A stretch of DNA of 64,000 nt from an uncultured Holophagaceae bacterium (GTDB lineage Bacteria; Acidobacteriota; Holophagae; Holophagales; Holophagaceae), in the NCBI GenBank assembly GCA_903840385.1, contig CAIMFT010000063.1:1620-65619 (forward strand), written 5' to 3'. The notes below the pieces were generated by a model. It was given only the letters and a program-made list of their open reading frames with translations, made no database searches and was not told where the DNA came from. The translations under genes and the position numbers were made by a program. This document shows, piece after piece, positions 11,226-20,905 of the stretch. Within the stretch, counting starts at the first letter, position 1; each line of letters starts with the position of its first letter.

Positions 11226-11705
11226 ATGCGCTTTTGGCTCGCCGTTCTGCTGTCCCTCCCCCTGCTGGCGGGAGGGGGCACCGTCACCTTCAAGCAGACG
11301 GCCTTCCTGACTGAGGTGGCCGCCACGGAGCCCGAGAAGGCCAAGGGCCTGATGTACCGCCAGAGCCTGGCCAGGGACCGCTGCATGTTCTTCGTCTACA
11401 GCGAGGACGGCTACCACGCCATCTGGATGAAGAACTGCCTCATCGCCCTGGATGTGGCCTGGGTGGATGTCGAGGGCCGGGTGCTGGAGACCGCCGAGTA
11501 CGTGCCGCCCTGCAGCCCCATGCGGGGGGACGACTGTCCGACCTATGGGGGGTCTGTGCCGGCCCGCCACTTCGTCGAGTTCGCCGCCGGGACCTTCAAG
11601 CGCCTGGGCCTCAAGAAGGGTGACCGCCTGGGCTGGGAGCTCACGCTGGACGATGGCCGGGTGGTGCGCGGCGGCCCAGCCGCAGCCCGGTCCCCCAAGA
11701 AGTAG
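11226..11705 (+). CDS. DUF192-family exported protein
   Basis: EVA.T......GLMYR.SL....MFFV, WMKN...LD..W; signal peptide. Confidence 0.85.
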   Translation: MRFWLAVLLSLPLLAGGGTVTFKQTAFLTEVAATEPEKAKGLMYRQSLARDRCMFFVYSEDGYHAIWMKNCLIALDVAWVDVEGRVLETAEYVPPCSPMRGDDCPTYGGSVPARHFVEFAAGTFKRLGLKKGDRLGWELTLDDGRVVRGGPAAARSPKK

Positions 11706-11711
11706 TCCGGC

Positions 11712-12488
11712 CTACCCTGCAGACCGGGTGGGCTCCTTGCCCTTGCGGGCGGGGCGGGTGAGGGTGCGCAGGTGCTCCGGGGAAGGTGGCAGCTCCGTCA
11801 GGTCCAGGGGGCTGATCCGGTCTGCCAGCAGCGTCCAGGCCCGCGCCTGGCGGGGGAGCCGCTCGGCCTGGATGACCTCGAAGCCCTGGGCATAGCTCAC
11901 GAAGGGCGGCATGACGAGGGCAAAGCCCGTGTAGAGGAAGGCCGGCAGGCGCAGCCAGTCGGGCTCGCCCTGGGTGCCCGGACCGGGCACGGCGAAGAGG
12001 GGGTGGACACCGCCGTTGATCCAGAAGCCGTGGGAGGGCTCGTGGCGGGGATAGACGAAGATCCGGCGGCGGTGCATCAGCGTGAAAGGACCCACCCGGT
12101 GCTGGTCCACAGGGGTGATGCCCGTGCCGTCCAGGGCTGGCCCCACGCTGCGGTCCGGGTGGCCCACGACCTGGACCACCTTGCGGCCCCCGCGGCTCAG
12201 CTTCCGGAAGACCGTCCGCAGCTCGTCCGCCTCGTCACCTTCCACGGTGCCCTGGCTGGGCTTCAAGTCCCCCAGCAGGGCGATCTGGGTGGGGGCAAAG
12301 TCGTCGATGAGGCTGAAGACCCGCTCCCAGATCTCCAGGTGCGGCGTGGCGGGCATGGGGTCAGGCCGACGGCGGCGCGCCGCCCCCAGCCCCAGGAAGA
12401 GATCCGCCAACACCAAGGTCCCGTGCCGAGGCAGCCAGACGGCCCGCCGGCTGTCCAGTACCACGTCCTCGCTGAGTTGCACCTGCAC
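11712..12488 (-). CDS. PdeM-like metallophosphoesterase-fold protein with degenerate metal motifs
   Basis: AVWLP..GTLVLADL.LG, GD, HP and .MP.F pattern of PdeM/ICC-like proteins; GTG start with GGAGG upstream. The 5' part of track ORF 11712..13628 is antisense to the next gene. Confidence 0.65.
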   Translation of the reverse strand: MQVQLSEDVVLDSRRAVWLPRHGTLVLADLFLGLGAARRRRPDPMPATPHLEIWERVFSLIDDFAPTQIALLGDLKPSQGTVEGDEADELRTVFRKLSRGGRKVVQVVGHPDRSVGPALDGTGITPVDQHRVGPFTLMHRRRIFVYPRHEPSHGFWINGGVHPLFAVPGPGTQGEPDWLRLPAFLYTGFALVMPPFVSYAQGFEVIQAERLPRQARAWTLLADRISPLDLTELPPSPEHLRTLTRPARKGKEPTRSAG

Positions 12489-12647
12489 GGCGACCTCCAG
12501 CCTCCATTGGACCACAGGGGGCCGCAGACCTCTCGGCAGAGGCACTTGGAAAATCAAAGGGCATTGCACCTGGAAGTCCAAGGGGAGTAAGGTCGCCTCA
12601 ACACAAAACCCCAACTCAGGCATCCCAAGTCTCGTCAGGAGGCGTTC

Positions 12648-13901
12648 GTGAACATTGCCCGCCCTTCGTTCCTCAAAGCCCTTTTGGCCGCCCTGGCGCT
12701 CCTGGCGGTGGGCCTCCCGGCCCAGGCGGCACCCCCCAAGGCCCGAGTCAGTGTCGGAGCCACCCTCCCCCTGACGGGCAGCGAGGCCCGCATTGGCGGC
12801 TTCGTCAAGGAGGGCTATGAGCTGGCCTTTGAGGAGGTGAACAAGGCCGGCGGCCTCCAGGTGGGCAACCAGAAGCTGCCCGTGGCCCTGACCCTGCTGG
12901 ATGACGCCACCAACCAGGCCACGGCGGTGAGCCTGGCCGACAAGCTGATCAACTCCGACAAGGTGGACTTCCTCCTGGGCACCTACAGCAGCCACCTCAT
13001 CGAGGCCCAGAGCACCGTGGCCGAGCAGTACAAGGTGCCCTACCTGCAGGGCGGCGGCGGAGCCACCAAGATCTTCAAGCGGGGCTTCAAGTACCTGTTC
13101 GGGACCATCTCCCCCGTGGAGCTGCTGGGCACCACCCTCATGACCTGGATCGACCAGCAGCAGAAGGCGGGCAAGCTCCCGAAGCCCGCCAAGATCGCCC
13201 TGCTCTGGGAGAACACGGCTCACGGCAAGGACTTCCGCAAGGGCGTGTCGGACTTCGTCGCCCAGAACAAGGGGGCCTACATCATCTCGGTGGACGAGTC
13301 CTTTGCCCTGGACGGCAAGGACTTCAGCGCCCTGCTCGGCAAGGTGAAGGCGGCCAAGGTGGACCTCTTCCTCGCCGACGCCCACCTTCCGGACTACATC
13401 ACGATGCACCGCCAGTACGTGGCCAGCGGCCTCTGCCACAAGGTGGTGAGCTATGGGGCCCGGGGCAGCGAGAAGGGCGCCATCGATGCCCTGGGTGTGG
13501 AGAACGTGAAGTACATCCTGTCCGGGGTGTGGTGGAGCTCCCAGCTGGCGGCCAAGCCCGGCCCCTCCCGGGACTTCGTCACCGCCTTCAAGGCCCGCTA
13601 CGGCGGCCGGGATCCCGAGTGGTTCCAAGCCCTGGCCTACCTCTCGGCCAAGACCCTCTTCGCCGCCATCCAGCAGGCGGGCACCGTGGACCGCGAGGCC
13701 GTGCGCCAGAAGCTGGCCACCATGAAGGTGAAGTCCCTGCTCCCGGGCGGCCCCCTGGAGTTCCCGGCGGCGCTGGGCCAGCAGGCCCAGAACCCCTTCG
13801 TGGTGCAGCAGAACACGCCGGACGGCAAGTCCCCCATCATCTTCCCGCAGGATGTGGCCACGGGCACGGGCGTCGCGGCGAATCCCAAGTGTCCTAACTA
13901 G
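12648..13901 (+). CDS. LIV-type (HAAT) ABC transporter substrate-binding protein
   Basis: Signal peptide, VGATLPLTG....G, DD...A......LI..DKVDFLLG.YSS; first gene of a 5-gene ABC operon. Confidence 0.9.
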   Translation: MNIARPSFLKALLAALALLAVGLPAQAAPPKARVSVGATLPLTGSEARIGGFVKEGYELAFEEVNKAGGLQVGNQKLPVALTLLDDATNQATAVSLADKLINSDKVDFLLGTYSSHLIEAQSTVAEQYKVPYLQGGGGATKIFKRGFKYLFGTISPVELLGTTLMTWIDQQQKAGKLPKPAKIALLWENTAHGKDFRKGVSDFVAQNKGAYIISVDESFALDGKDFSALLGKVKAAKVDLFLADAHLPDYITMHRQYVASGLCHKVVSYGARGSEKGAIDALGVENVKYILSGVWWSSQLAAKPGPSRDFVTAFKARYGGRDPEWFQALAYLSAKTLFAAIQQAGTVDREAVRQKLATMKVKSLLPGGPLEFPAALGQQAQNPFVVQQNTPDGKSPIIFPQDVATGTGVAANPKCPN

Positions 13902-13903
13902 GT

Positions 13904-14779
13904 ATGGAGCGCTTCATCGATCTGGCTCTGTCCGCCGTGCTCCTGGCGGGCCTCTACGCCACGATGGCCTACGGCCTGGGGATCATCTACGGCGTGCTCC
14001 GGGTGGTGAACCTTGCCCATGGCGGGGTGATCATGATGGGCGCCTACATGGGCTGGGTGCTCCACCGGAAGCTGGGGGTGGATCCCTACCTTTCGATTCC
14101 CATCGTGGTGGCGGCGTCCTATCTGCTGGGTGTCGCCATGTACCGGGTGCTGGTCCGGCACCTCCCTCGGGGGGCGGCCGGGGGCCCCGCCTCGCTGCTG
14201 CTGCTCTTCGGGTTCTGGCTGGTGCTGCGCAATGGGGCCTACCTGCTCTTCACGGGTGATGACCAGTCCATCACCACCGCCTGGTCCACCAGCTCCGTGG
14301 TGGTCCTGGGCTCCCAGCTGTCCGTGAGCCGCTTGGCCGTGCTGGCCATCGGCTCCGTGATCCCGGTGGGGCTGCACCTGTTCCTGCACCGCACCCACCT
14401 GGGCCGGGCCATCCGGGCTGTGGCCCAGAACCCCGACAGCTGCACCCTGGTGGGCGTTGATGTGGAGCGGATCTACGGCATCACCTTCGGCATCGGCACG
14501 GCCCTGGCGGGGGTGGCGGGCCTGCTCTCGGCAACACTCTTCGCCTTCAACCCCGGCTCGGGCTCCAGCGAGCTGCTCAAGTCCTTCGTGGTGGTGGTGC
14601 TGGGGGGCATGGGCAGCGTGCCGGGGACGGGCCTGGCGGCCCTGATCCTGGCGGTGGTGGAGGTCTTCGCCATCCTGGTCCTGCCCTCCTACCTCACCTC
14701 GGCGGTGGGGTTCGTCATGCTCGTGCTGGTGCTGGTCATCCGGCCGGGGGGCCTCTTCGGCCACCGGGTGCTGGGTTGA
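13904..14779 (+). CDS. LIV-type ABC permease (LivH-like)
   Basis: GLGIIYGVLRVVNLAHG, T.LGRAIRAVAQN, VVVLGGMGS. Confidence 0.9.
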   Translation: MERFIDLALSAVLLAGLYATMAYGLGIIYGVLRVVNLAHGGVIMMGAYMGWVLHRKLGVDPYLSIPIVVAASYLLGVAMYRVLVRHLPRGAAGGPASLLLLFGFWLVLRNGAYLLFTGDDQSITTAWSTSSVVVLGSQLSVSRLAVLAIGSVIPVGLHLFLHRTHLGRAIRAVAQNPDSCTLVGVDVERIYGITFGIGTALAGVAGLLSATLFAFNPGSGSSELLKSFVVVVLGGMGSVPGTGLAALILAVVEVFAILVLPSYLTSAVGFVMLVLVLVIRPGGLFGHRVLG

Positions 14780-15738
14780 GAAGTCGGATCCGGGGCCTTG
14801 CCCCCACGCCGATCCTGGCCGGCTTCCTCCTGACTGGTGCGGCGCTGGCGGTGCTGCCGCTGGTGCTGGAGCTGTCCATCTACACCCACAACCTCATGAC
14901 CCTCACCTTCCTGAGTGTGGCGGGGGCCCTGGCCTGGAACTGGATGGGCGGCTTCCTGGGCCAGGTGAGCTTCGGCCACGCCGCCACCTTCGGCGTCGGG
15001 GGCTTTGTCGCTGCTCGCATCGTCCTGTGGGCCCCGGTGCCGGCCCCCCTGGCCTGGCTGGTCGGGGGCCTGGTGGCGGGCGTCTTCGCCCTGGGGGCCC
15101 ACCCCGCCCTGCGGCTGCGGGGCCCCTACTTCTCCATCGCCACCATCGGCCTCGGGGAGGCCACCCGCCTGCTGTTTACCTACTGGGAGGACTTCACCGG
15201 CGGCTCGTCGGGCCTCTCTCTGCCCATCGAGACTGCCCTGAAGCATCGCCTCTACTGGTGGGGCCTGGGCCTGGTGGTGCTGGTGACTGCCGCCTCCTGG
15301 CTCATCCGCCGGTCCGGCCTGGGCCTGCAGCTGCTGGCCATCAAGGCCGATGTGGATGCCGCTGCAGACCTGGGGGTCTCGGCCACCTTCTACCAGGACC
15401 TGATGATTGCCCTGTCGGGTGCCGTGGTCGGCGTCACGGGGGGCATGTGGGCCTCCTACTTCAGCTTCATCGAGCCCAACGACATGTTCGGCTTCGACCG
15501 CTCCATCGGCTTCGTGCTGATGGCCGTCATCGGCGGGGTGGGCACGGTGCTGGGGCCCCTCCTGGGGGCGGTGGTCTTCGTGCTGCTCCGGCAGTACCTC
15601 TTGGCCTCCTACCCGCAGCTCTACCTGGGGGTCTACGGCCTGCTGCTGATCTTCATCATCCTCTTCGAGCCCTTGGGGCTCACAGGCCTGCTCCGCCGCC
15701 TGTGGCAACGGCTCTCTGCCCTGCGCGGCAAGGTCTGA
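14776..15738 (+). CDS. LIV-type ABC permease (LivM-like)
   Basis: WNWMGGFLGQVSFGHA, LRLRGPYFSIATI, MAVIGGVGT..GP..GA. Confidence 0.9.
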   Translation: MRSRIRGLAPTPILAGFLLTGAALAVLPLVLELSIYTHNLMTLTFLSVAGALAWNWMGGFLGQVSFGHAATFGVGGFVAARIVLWAPVPAPLAWLVGGLVAGVFALGAHPALRLRGPYFSIATIGLGEATRLLFTYWEDFTGGSSGLSLPIETALKHRLYWWGLGLVVLVTAASWLIRRSGLGLQLLAIKADVDAAADLGVSATFYQDLMIALSGAVVGVTGGMWASYFSFIEPNDMFGFDRSIGFVLMAVIGGVGTVLGPLLGAVVFVLLRQYLLASYPQLYLGVYGLLLIFIILFEPLGLTGLLRRLWQRLSALRGKV

Positions 15739-15740
15739 CC

Positions 15741-16474
<734 letters not shown>

Positions 16475-16478
<4 letters not shown>

Positions 16479-17191
16479 GCGATCCGCTGCTCCAGGTCGA
16501 GGCCATCGATGTCGCCTACGGGGATATCCAGGTGCTCTACGGGCTTTCCTTCGAGGTGCATGCCGGGGAGATCGTCACCCTCCTGGGCTCCAACGGCGCC
16601 GGCAAGACCACCACCCTGCGGGCCATCACGGGCCTGCGGCCGCCCCAGGCCGGGCAGGTCCGCTTCCGGGGCGAGTCCCTCGCCGCCGTGCCTGCCGCCG
16701 GCCGGGCGGGGCTGGGCATCGCCCTGGTGCCCGAGGGCCGGGAGCTCTGGCCCCAGCTCACGGTGAAGGAAAACCTGGAGCTGGGTGCCTACGGTCCCCA
16801 GGCCCGGCCCCACGCCAAGCAGAACCTCGAGAAGGTCTTCACGATGTTCCCCCGGCTGGAGGAGCGGCAGCAGCAGCTGGCCGGCAGCCTCTCGGGCGGC
16901 GAGCAGCAGATGTGCGCCATCGGTCGCGCCCTGATGTCCGAGCCGGTCCTGCTCATGCTGGACGAGCCCAGCCTGGGCCTGGCCCCCATCCTGGTGGACC
17001 AGGTGATGAGGACCATCTCCGACCTGCACGCCACGGGCATGACCATCCTGCTGGTGGAGCAGAACCTCCACCGGGCCCTGGAGGTCTCCCAGCGGGGCAT
17101 CGTCATCGAAACCGGGCGGCTCCGGCTGCACGGCTCCAGCGCCGAGCTGGCGGCGAGTCCTGAGATTCGTGCCGCCTACCTGGGGCTGTGA
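16475..17191 (+). CDS. LIV-type ABC ATP-binding protein (LivF-like)
   Basis: GSNGAGKTT, LSGGEQQM.AIGRALM..P.LLMLDEPSLGLAP, VEQN. Confidence 0.92.
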
Positions 17192-17200
17192 GGTGCTGCC

Positions 17201-18727
17201 ATGAACGTCGCCCAGGTCCTCTCTACCCAGGCCCGGAAGCAGGGCACCAGGGCGGCCATCATCTTCGAGGGCCAGGTGTGCACCTACGCCGACTTCGATG
17301 CCGCTGTAGAGCGTCGGGCTTCGGCCCTGCATGGCCTCGGGATTGGCCGGGGCGACCGGGTGGCCTATCAGGTGCCCAAAAGCCTGGAGGCCCTGTTCCT
17401 CCACTTCGCCATCCAGTCCCTCGGTGCCATCACCCTGCCGCTCAACCCGGACTACCGGCCCGAGGAGCTGGAGTACTTCCTGCGGGACTCCGGCAGCTGC
17501 CTCTTCATCGCCGACCGTAGGCTCTTCGCCCCGGTGCGGGCCCAGGTTCTTGAAATACCGGGCCTCCAAACCCTGCTCACCGGGGAGGGCGCCGATCCCG
17601 ACGCTGGCTCGTGGGCCGAAGCACTGGCCGCGGCGGTCCTCCCCTTCGAGCGGACCTACGCCGCCGCAGGCGATGACACAGCCATGTTCTGCTACACCTC
17701 GGGCACCACGGGCCGCTCCAAGGGGGCCATGATCACCCACCGGAACCTGCTGGCCAACGCCGAGGCGCTGCACCAGATGTGGGCCTGGACCGAGAGCGAT
17801 CGACTGCTACACGTCCTGCCCCTGTTCCATGTGCATGGGCTGAACGTGGCGGCCCTGGGCTGCCTCTACGCCGGGGCCACGATGATCATGCACGAGAAGT
17901 TCGACCCCAAGCGGGCCTGGACCGCCCTGGGGGCCGAGCGCTGCACCCTGATGATGGGCGTGCCCACCGTCTACCAGCGGCTCATGAACGAGTGGGAGAC
18001 CCTGGCGGACCGGCCGGATCTCGCTGCCATGAGGCTCTTCATCTCCGGGTCCGCCCCCCTGTCCGACACCCAGTTCCGCCGCTTCGAACAGCTGACGGGC
18101 TGGCGGATCCTCGAGCGCTACGGCATGACCGAGACGGGCATGATCGCCAGCAACCGCCTGGAGCCCGGGGGACGCAAGGAGAAGAGCGTGGGCTACCCCC
18201 TGCCCGGGGTCGCCATCCGCACCGTGGGTTCCGACGGCGAGGCGGTCCCGGCGGGCGAGGTCGGCGAGGTCTGGGTGCGGGGCGACAACGTCTTCAGCGG
18301 CTACTGGGGCCTGGAGGAGAAGACCCGGGAGTCCTTCGTGGCAGGCTGGTTCCGCACCGGCGACCTGGGCTGGTGCGACCCGGCGGATGGCGACCGCCTC
18401 TACCTGGTGGGTCGGGCCAAGGAGCTCATCATCTCCGGCGGGTTCAATGTCTATCCCAAGGAAGTGGAGAACGTGCTCGAGGCCCTGCCGGAGGTGCGGG
18501 AGGTGGCGGTGATCGGCCTCCCGGATGACGACTTTGGCGAGCGGGTGGTGGCTGTGGTGGTCGCGAAAGAGGGCGCCGGGACCGTCTCCGACGAGGCCCT
18601 GATGCGCCAGTGCCGGGACCGGCTCGCCGGCTACAAATGCCCCCGGCAGGTGCACTTCGTGGACGAGCTGCCGCGCAACGCCATGGGGAAGCTGCAGAAG
18701 AACCTGCTGGTGGAGCGGTATCGTTAG
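17201..18727 (+). CDS. matB: Acyl-CoA synthetase, malonyl/methylmalonyl-CoA synthetase (MatB)-like
   Basis: YTSGTTGRSKGAM, LP.FH.HGL, MGVPT.Y.RL, RLFISGSAPL, LERYGMTET, ISGG.NVYPKEVE, PRNAMGK.QK match MatB-type ligases. Confidence 0.75.
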   Translation: MNVAQVLSTQARKQGTRAAIIFEGQVCTYADFDAAVERRASALHGLGIGRGDRVAYQVPKSLEALFLHFAIQSLGAITLPLNPDYRPEELEYFLRDSGSCLFIADRRLFAPVRAQVLEIPGLQTLLTGEGADPDAGSWAEALAAAVLPFERTYAAAGDDTAMFCYTSGTTGRSKGAMITHRNLLANAEALHQMWAWTESDRLLHVLPLFHVHGLNVAALGCLYAGATMIMHEKFDPKRAWTALGAERCTLMMGVPTVYQRLMNEWETLADRPDLAAMRLFISGSAPLSDTQFRRFEQLTGWRILERYGMTETGMIASNRLEPGGRKEKSVGYPLPGVAIRTVGSDGEAVPAGEVGEVWVRGDNVFSGYWGLEEKTRESFVAGWFRTGDLGWCDPADGDRLYLVGRAKELIISGGFNVYPKEVENVLEALPEVREVAVIGLPDDDFGERVVAVVVAKEGAGTVSDEALMRQCRDRLAGYKCPRQVHFVDELPRNAMGKLQKNLLVERYR

Positions 18728-18774
18728 GAGCTGGAGCCTTCCGTGCCTTTCCCGACGACCCGCCGGACCCCCCG

Positions 18775-19557
18775 ATGATGCCGACCAACCTGCTGGCGGG
18801 CCTGGTGACAGGGCTGGGCGGGGGTGTGCTTGCCGGCCTCTTTGGCGTGGGCGGCGGCATCGTGATGGTGCCCCTCCTGGGCCTGATCCTGAACCTGGAC
18901 CAGCACCGCGCCCAGGGGGCCGCCCTGGCGGCCATGCTGCTGCCCACGGGCCTGCCGGCGGTCTTTGAGTACCACCGGCGGGGCATCCGCACGAGCCTGC
19001 CCCTGGTGGGCCTGCTGATCCTCGGCTTCCTGGTGGGCATCTACGGCGGCTCCCGGGTGGCCTCGCTGATCCCCTCCCAGGAGCTGCGCTGGGGGTTTGC
19101 GCTCTTCCTGGTGTTCCTCTCCCTGAAGACCTGGTTCCGCACCGAGCGCCCGGCGGTGGATCGCACCCTGGAGCCCATCACCTTCAGTGGGGGACAGATC
19201 CCCCTGGCGCTCCTCATCGGCTGCCTGGCGGGCATCCTGGCGGGCCTCACGGGCCTGGGGGGTGCGGTGATCGTGATCCCCATGCTGGCCAGCCGGTTCC
19301 GCATGACCCAGCACGAGGCCCAGCTCACCAGCCTGGCCATGCTGGTGCCGCCCATCGGCCTGCCCGGGGTCTACGTCTACGCCCAGACTCCCGGCGGCCT
19401 GCCGTGGCTGATCATCGGCTACGTGGCCGTGGGGTTCGCTGTGGGCGCCCTGGTCGGGGCCCGGGTGGCGACGCGCATGGCCAGCGCCCACCTCAAGCGG
19501 GTCTATGCCGGGGTGGTGATGCTCATGGCCATCCTGGTAGCAACCCGGGGCCGCTGA
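18775..19557 (+). CDS. TauE/SafE (TSUP) family membrane transporter
   Basis: Two repeats of G..AG..G.GG....VP/IP; about 8 TM helices. Confidence 0.85.
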   Translation: MMPTNLLAGLVTGLGGGVLAGLFGVGGGIVMVPLLGLILNLDQHRAQGAALAAMLLPTGLPAVFEYHRRGIRTSLPLVGLLILGFLVGIYGGSRVASLIPSQELRWGFALFLVFLSLKTWFRTERPAVDRTLEPITFSGGQIPLALLIGCLAGILAGLTGLGGAVIVIPMLASRFRMTQHEAQLTSLAMLVPPIGLPGVYVYAQTPGGLPWLIIGYVAVGFAVGALVGARVATRMASAHLKRVYAGVVMLMAILVATRGR

Positions 19558-19558
19558 A

Positions 19559-20893
19559 TCAGAGGAAGCCCAGGCGGGGGTAGGAGGCACCGAGGAGGGT
19601 GTCGGTGGCGGCGGTCGTCTGCCCCAGCCAGCGCTCGAGCACCGTCGCGTAGAGGCCCCTGAAGTCGTTGGTGTACTTCATGTTGCCATTGGCATCCAGG
19701 CTGGTCAGGTCGGGATAGCCACCGTAGAGGCCGCCCTTCACGGCCTTGCCGACACAGAAGGAGAGGCCGGCGGTGCCGTGGTCCGTGCCGCCATTGTTCT
19801 CTTGCACGCGCCGGCCGAACTCGCTGTAGGCCAGGATCAGGACGCGGTCCTGGGCAAGGCCGGCGCTGGTGGTGATGCTGGCCAGGTCGTCGTAGAACGC
19901 CTTGATGGCGCCGCCCAGGGCCCGCTGGAGGTTGGGATGGTCCACGGCCTGGTTGCTGTGGGTGTCCCAGCCCCCCAGGCGGGCGAAGTAGACCTGCCCG
20001 GGCAGGCCGGCTGAGATCATCTGCGCAATGAGCTTGAGCTGGGAGCTGAGGCTGCTGGAGAGCGCCGTGTTGTTGAGCTTGAGGACCGGGTAGGTCGCAT
20101 CACCGGGATAGGGGACCGTGGGGGTTCTGGTTGTGAGCGAGCCCCCGGTGCCGAAGGCGGGATTGTTCTGGGCATCGTGGAAGAGCCTGCCAGCCTGGGC
20201 CCCGGCCAGGTAGCCGACATCCGTGCTGCCGGCAGAGAGGGCAGAGGCCCAGCCGGTCTCCAGGAGGGCGGCATCCGGCACCGCGCTGGTGCTGAGCAGG
20301 TAGGCAGGGAACACATAGCCCCCGGCGCTGGTGATGGCCACGAAGGTCCGGCCCGAGCCCTTCAGCATCACCGGCAGGTCCGCTGTGACCGTGATGCCCC
20401 GCAGGACGTCCCCAGTGGGGCTGAAGGCCGTGTCGGCGAAGCGGCCCAGCCATCCGGTGCCAGCCGGCACGGCGGCACCCTGCCCCCACAGGTCGATGGT
20501 GGTGAAGTGGGACAGGTTCGGGTTGGGCATGCCGATGCCTGGAATCCAGGCCACCCGGCCCTGGGCGTGCAGCGCATCCATGCCGATGAGGTCCTTGTTC
20601 AGGGCCATGCCGCTGCCCAGGTCCGTGAGGAGAGCGGGGTCGGTGATGCCCAGCGTGGCCCGCTTGGTCTGGTAGACCCCAAGGTTGGCGCCGGCATTGG
20701 GCGGCGTCACATTCAGCCAGTCGTAGCCACCATCGATGTTCACGATGACGAGGATGGGGGCGGCTGGGGTGGGTGAGGGGGCGGGCAGGCCTCCGCCACC
20801 GGATGTCCCGCCCCCGCCCCCACAGGCGCTCAGCCCCGCCAGGGCGGCGCCGGTGGCGCCCAGGGTCTGAATGAACTCGCGGCGAGTGGTCAT
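19559..20893 (-). CDS. DUF1501-family protein, Tat-exported lipoprotein
   Basis: TRREFI twin-arginine motif plus LSAC lipobox; GG.DWLN, GGWDTH.NQ, YSEFGRR..EN.GGTDHG. Confidence 0.9.
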   Translation of the reverse strand: MTTRREFIQTLGATGAALAGLSACGGGGGTSGGGGLPAPSPTPAAPILVIVNIDGGYDWLNVTPPNAGANLGVYQTKRATLGITDPALLTDLGSGMALNKDLIGMDALHAQGRVAWIPGIGMPNPNLSHFTTIDLWGQGAAVPAGTGWLGRFADTAFSPTGDVLRGITVTADLPVMLKGSGRTFVAITSAGGYVFPAYLLSTSAVPDAALLETGWASALSAGSTDVGYLAGAQAGRLFHDAQNNPAFGTGGSLTTRTPTVPYPGDATYPVLKLNNTALSSSLSSQLKLIAQMISAGLPGQVYFARLGGWDTHSNQAVDHPNLQRALGGAIKAFYDDLASITTSAGLAQDRVLILAYSEFGRRVQENNGGTDHGTAGLSFCVGKAVKGGLYGGYPDLTSLDANGNMKYTNDFRGLYATVLERWLGQTTAATDTLLGASYPRLGFL

Positions 20894-20905
20894 AGGTGCT
20901 TCCCT

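Noticed and set aside
12489-13628. 5' extension of track ORF 11712..13628
   Set aside because: Overlaps the ABC substrate-binding gene on the opposite strand. The real gene most likely starts at GTG 12488 with a GGAGG RBS.
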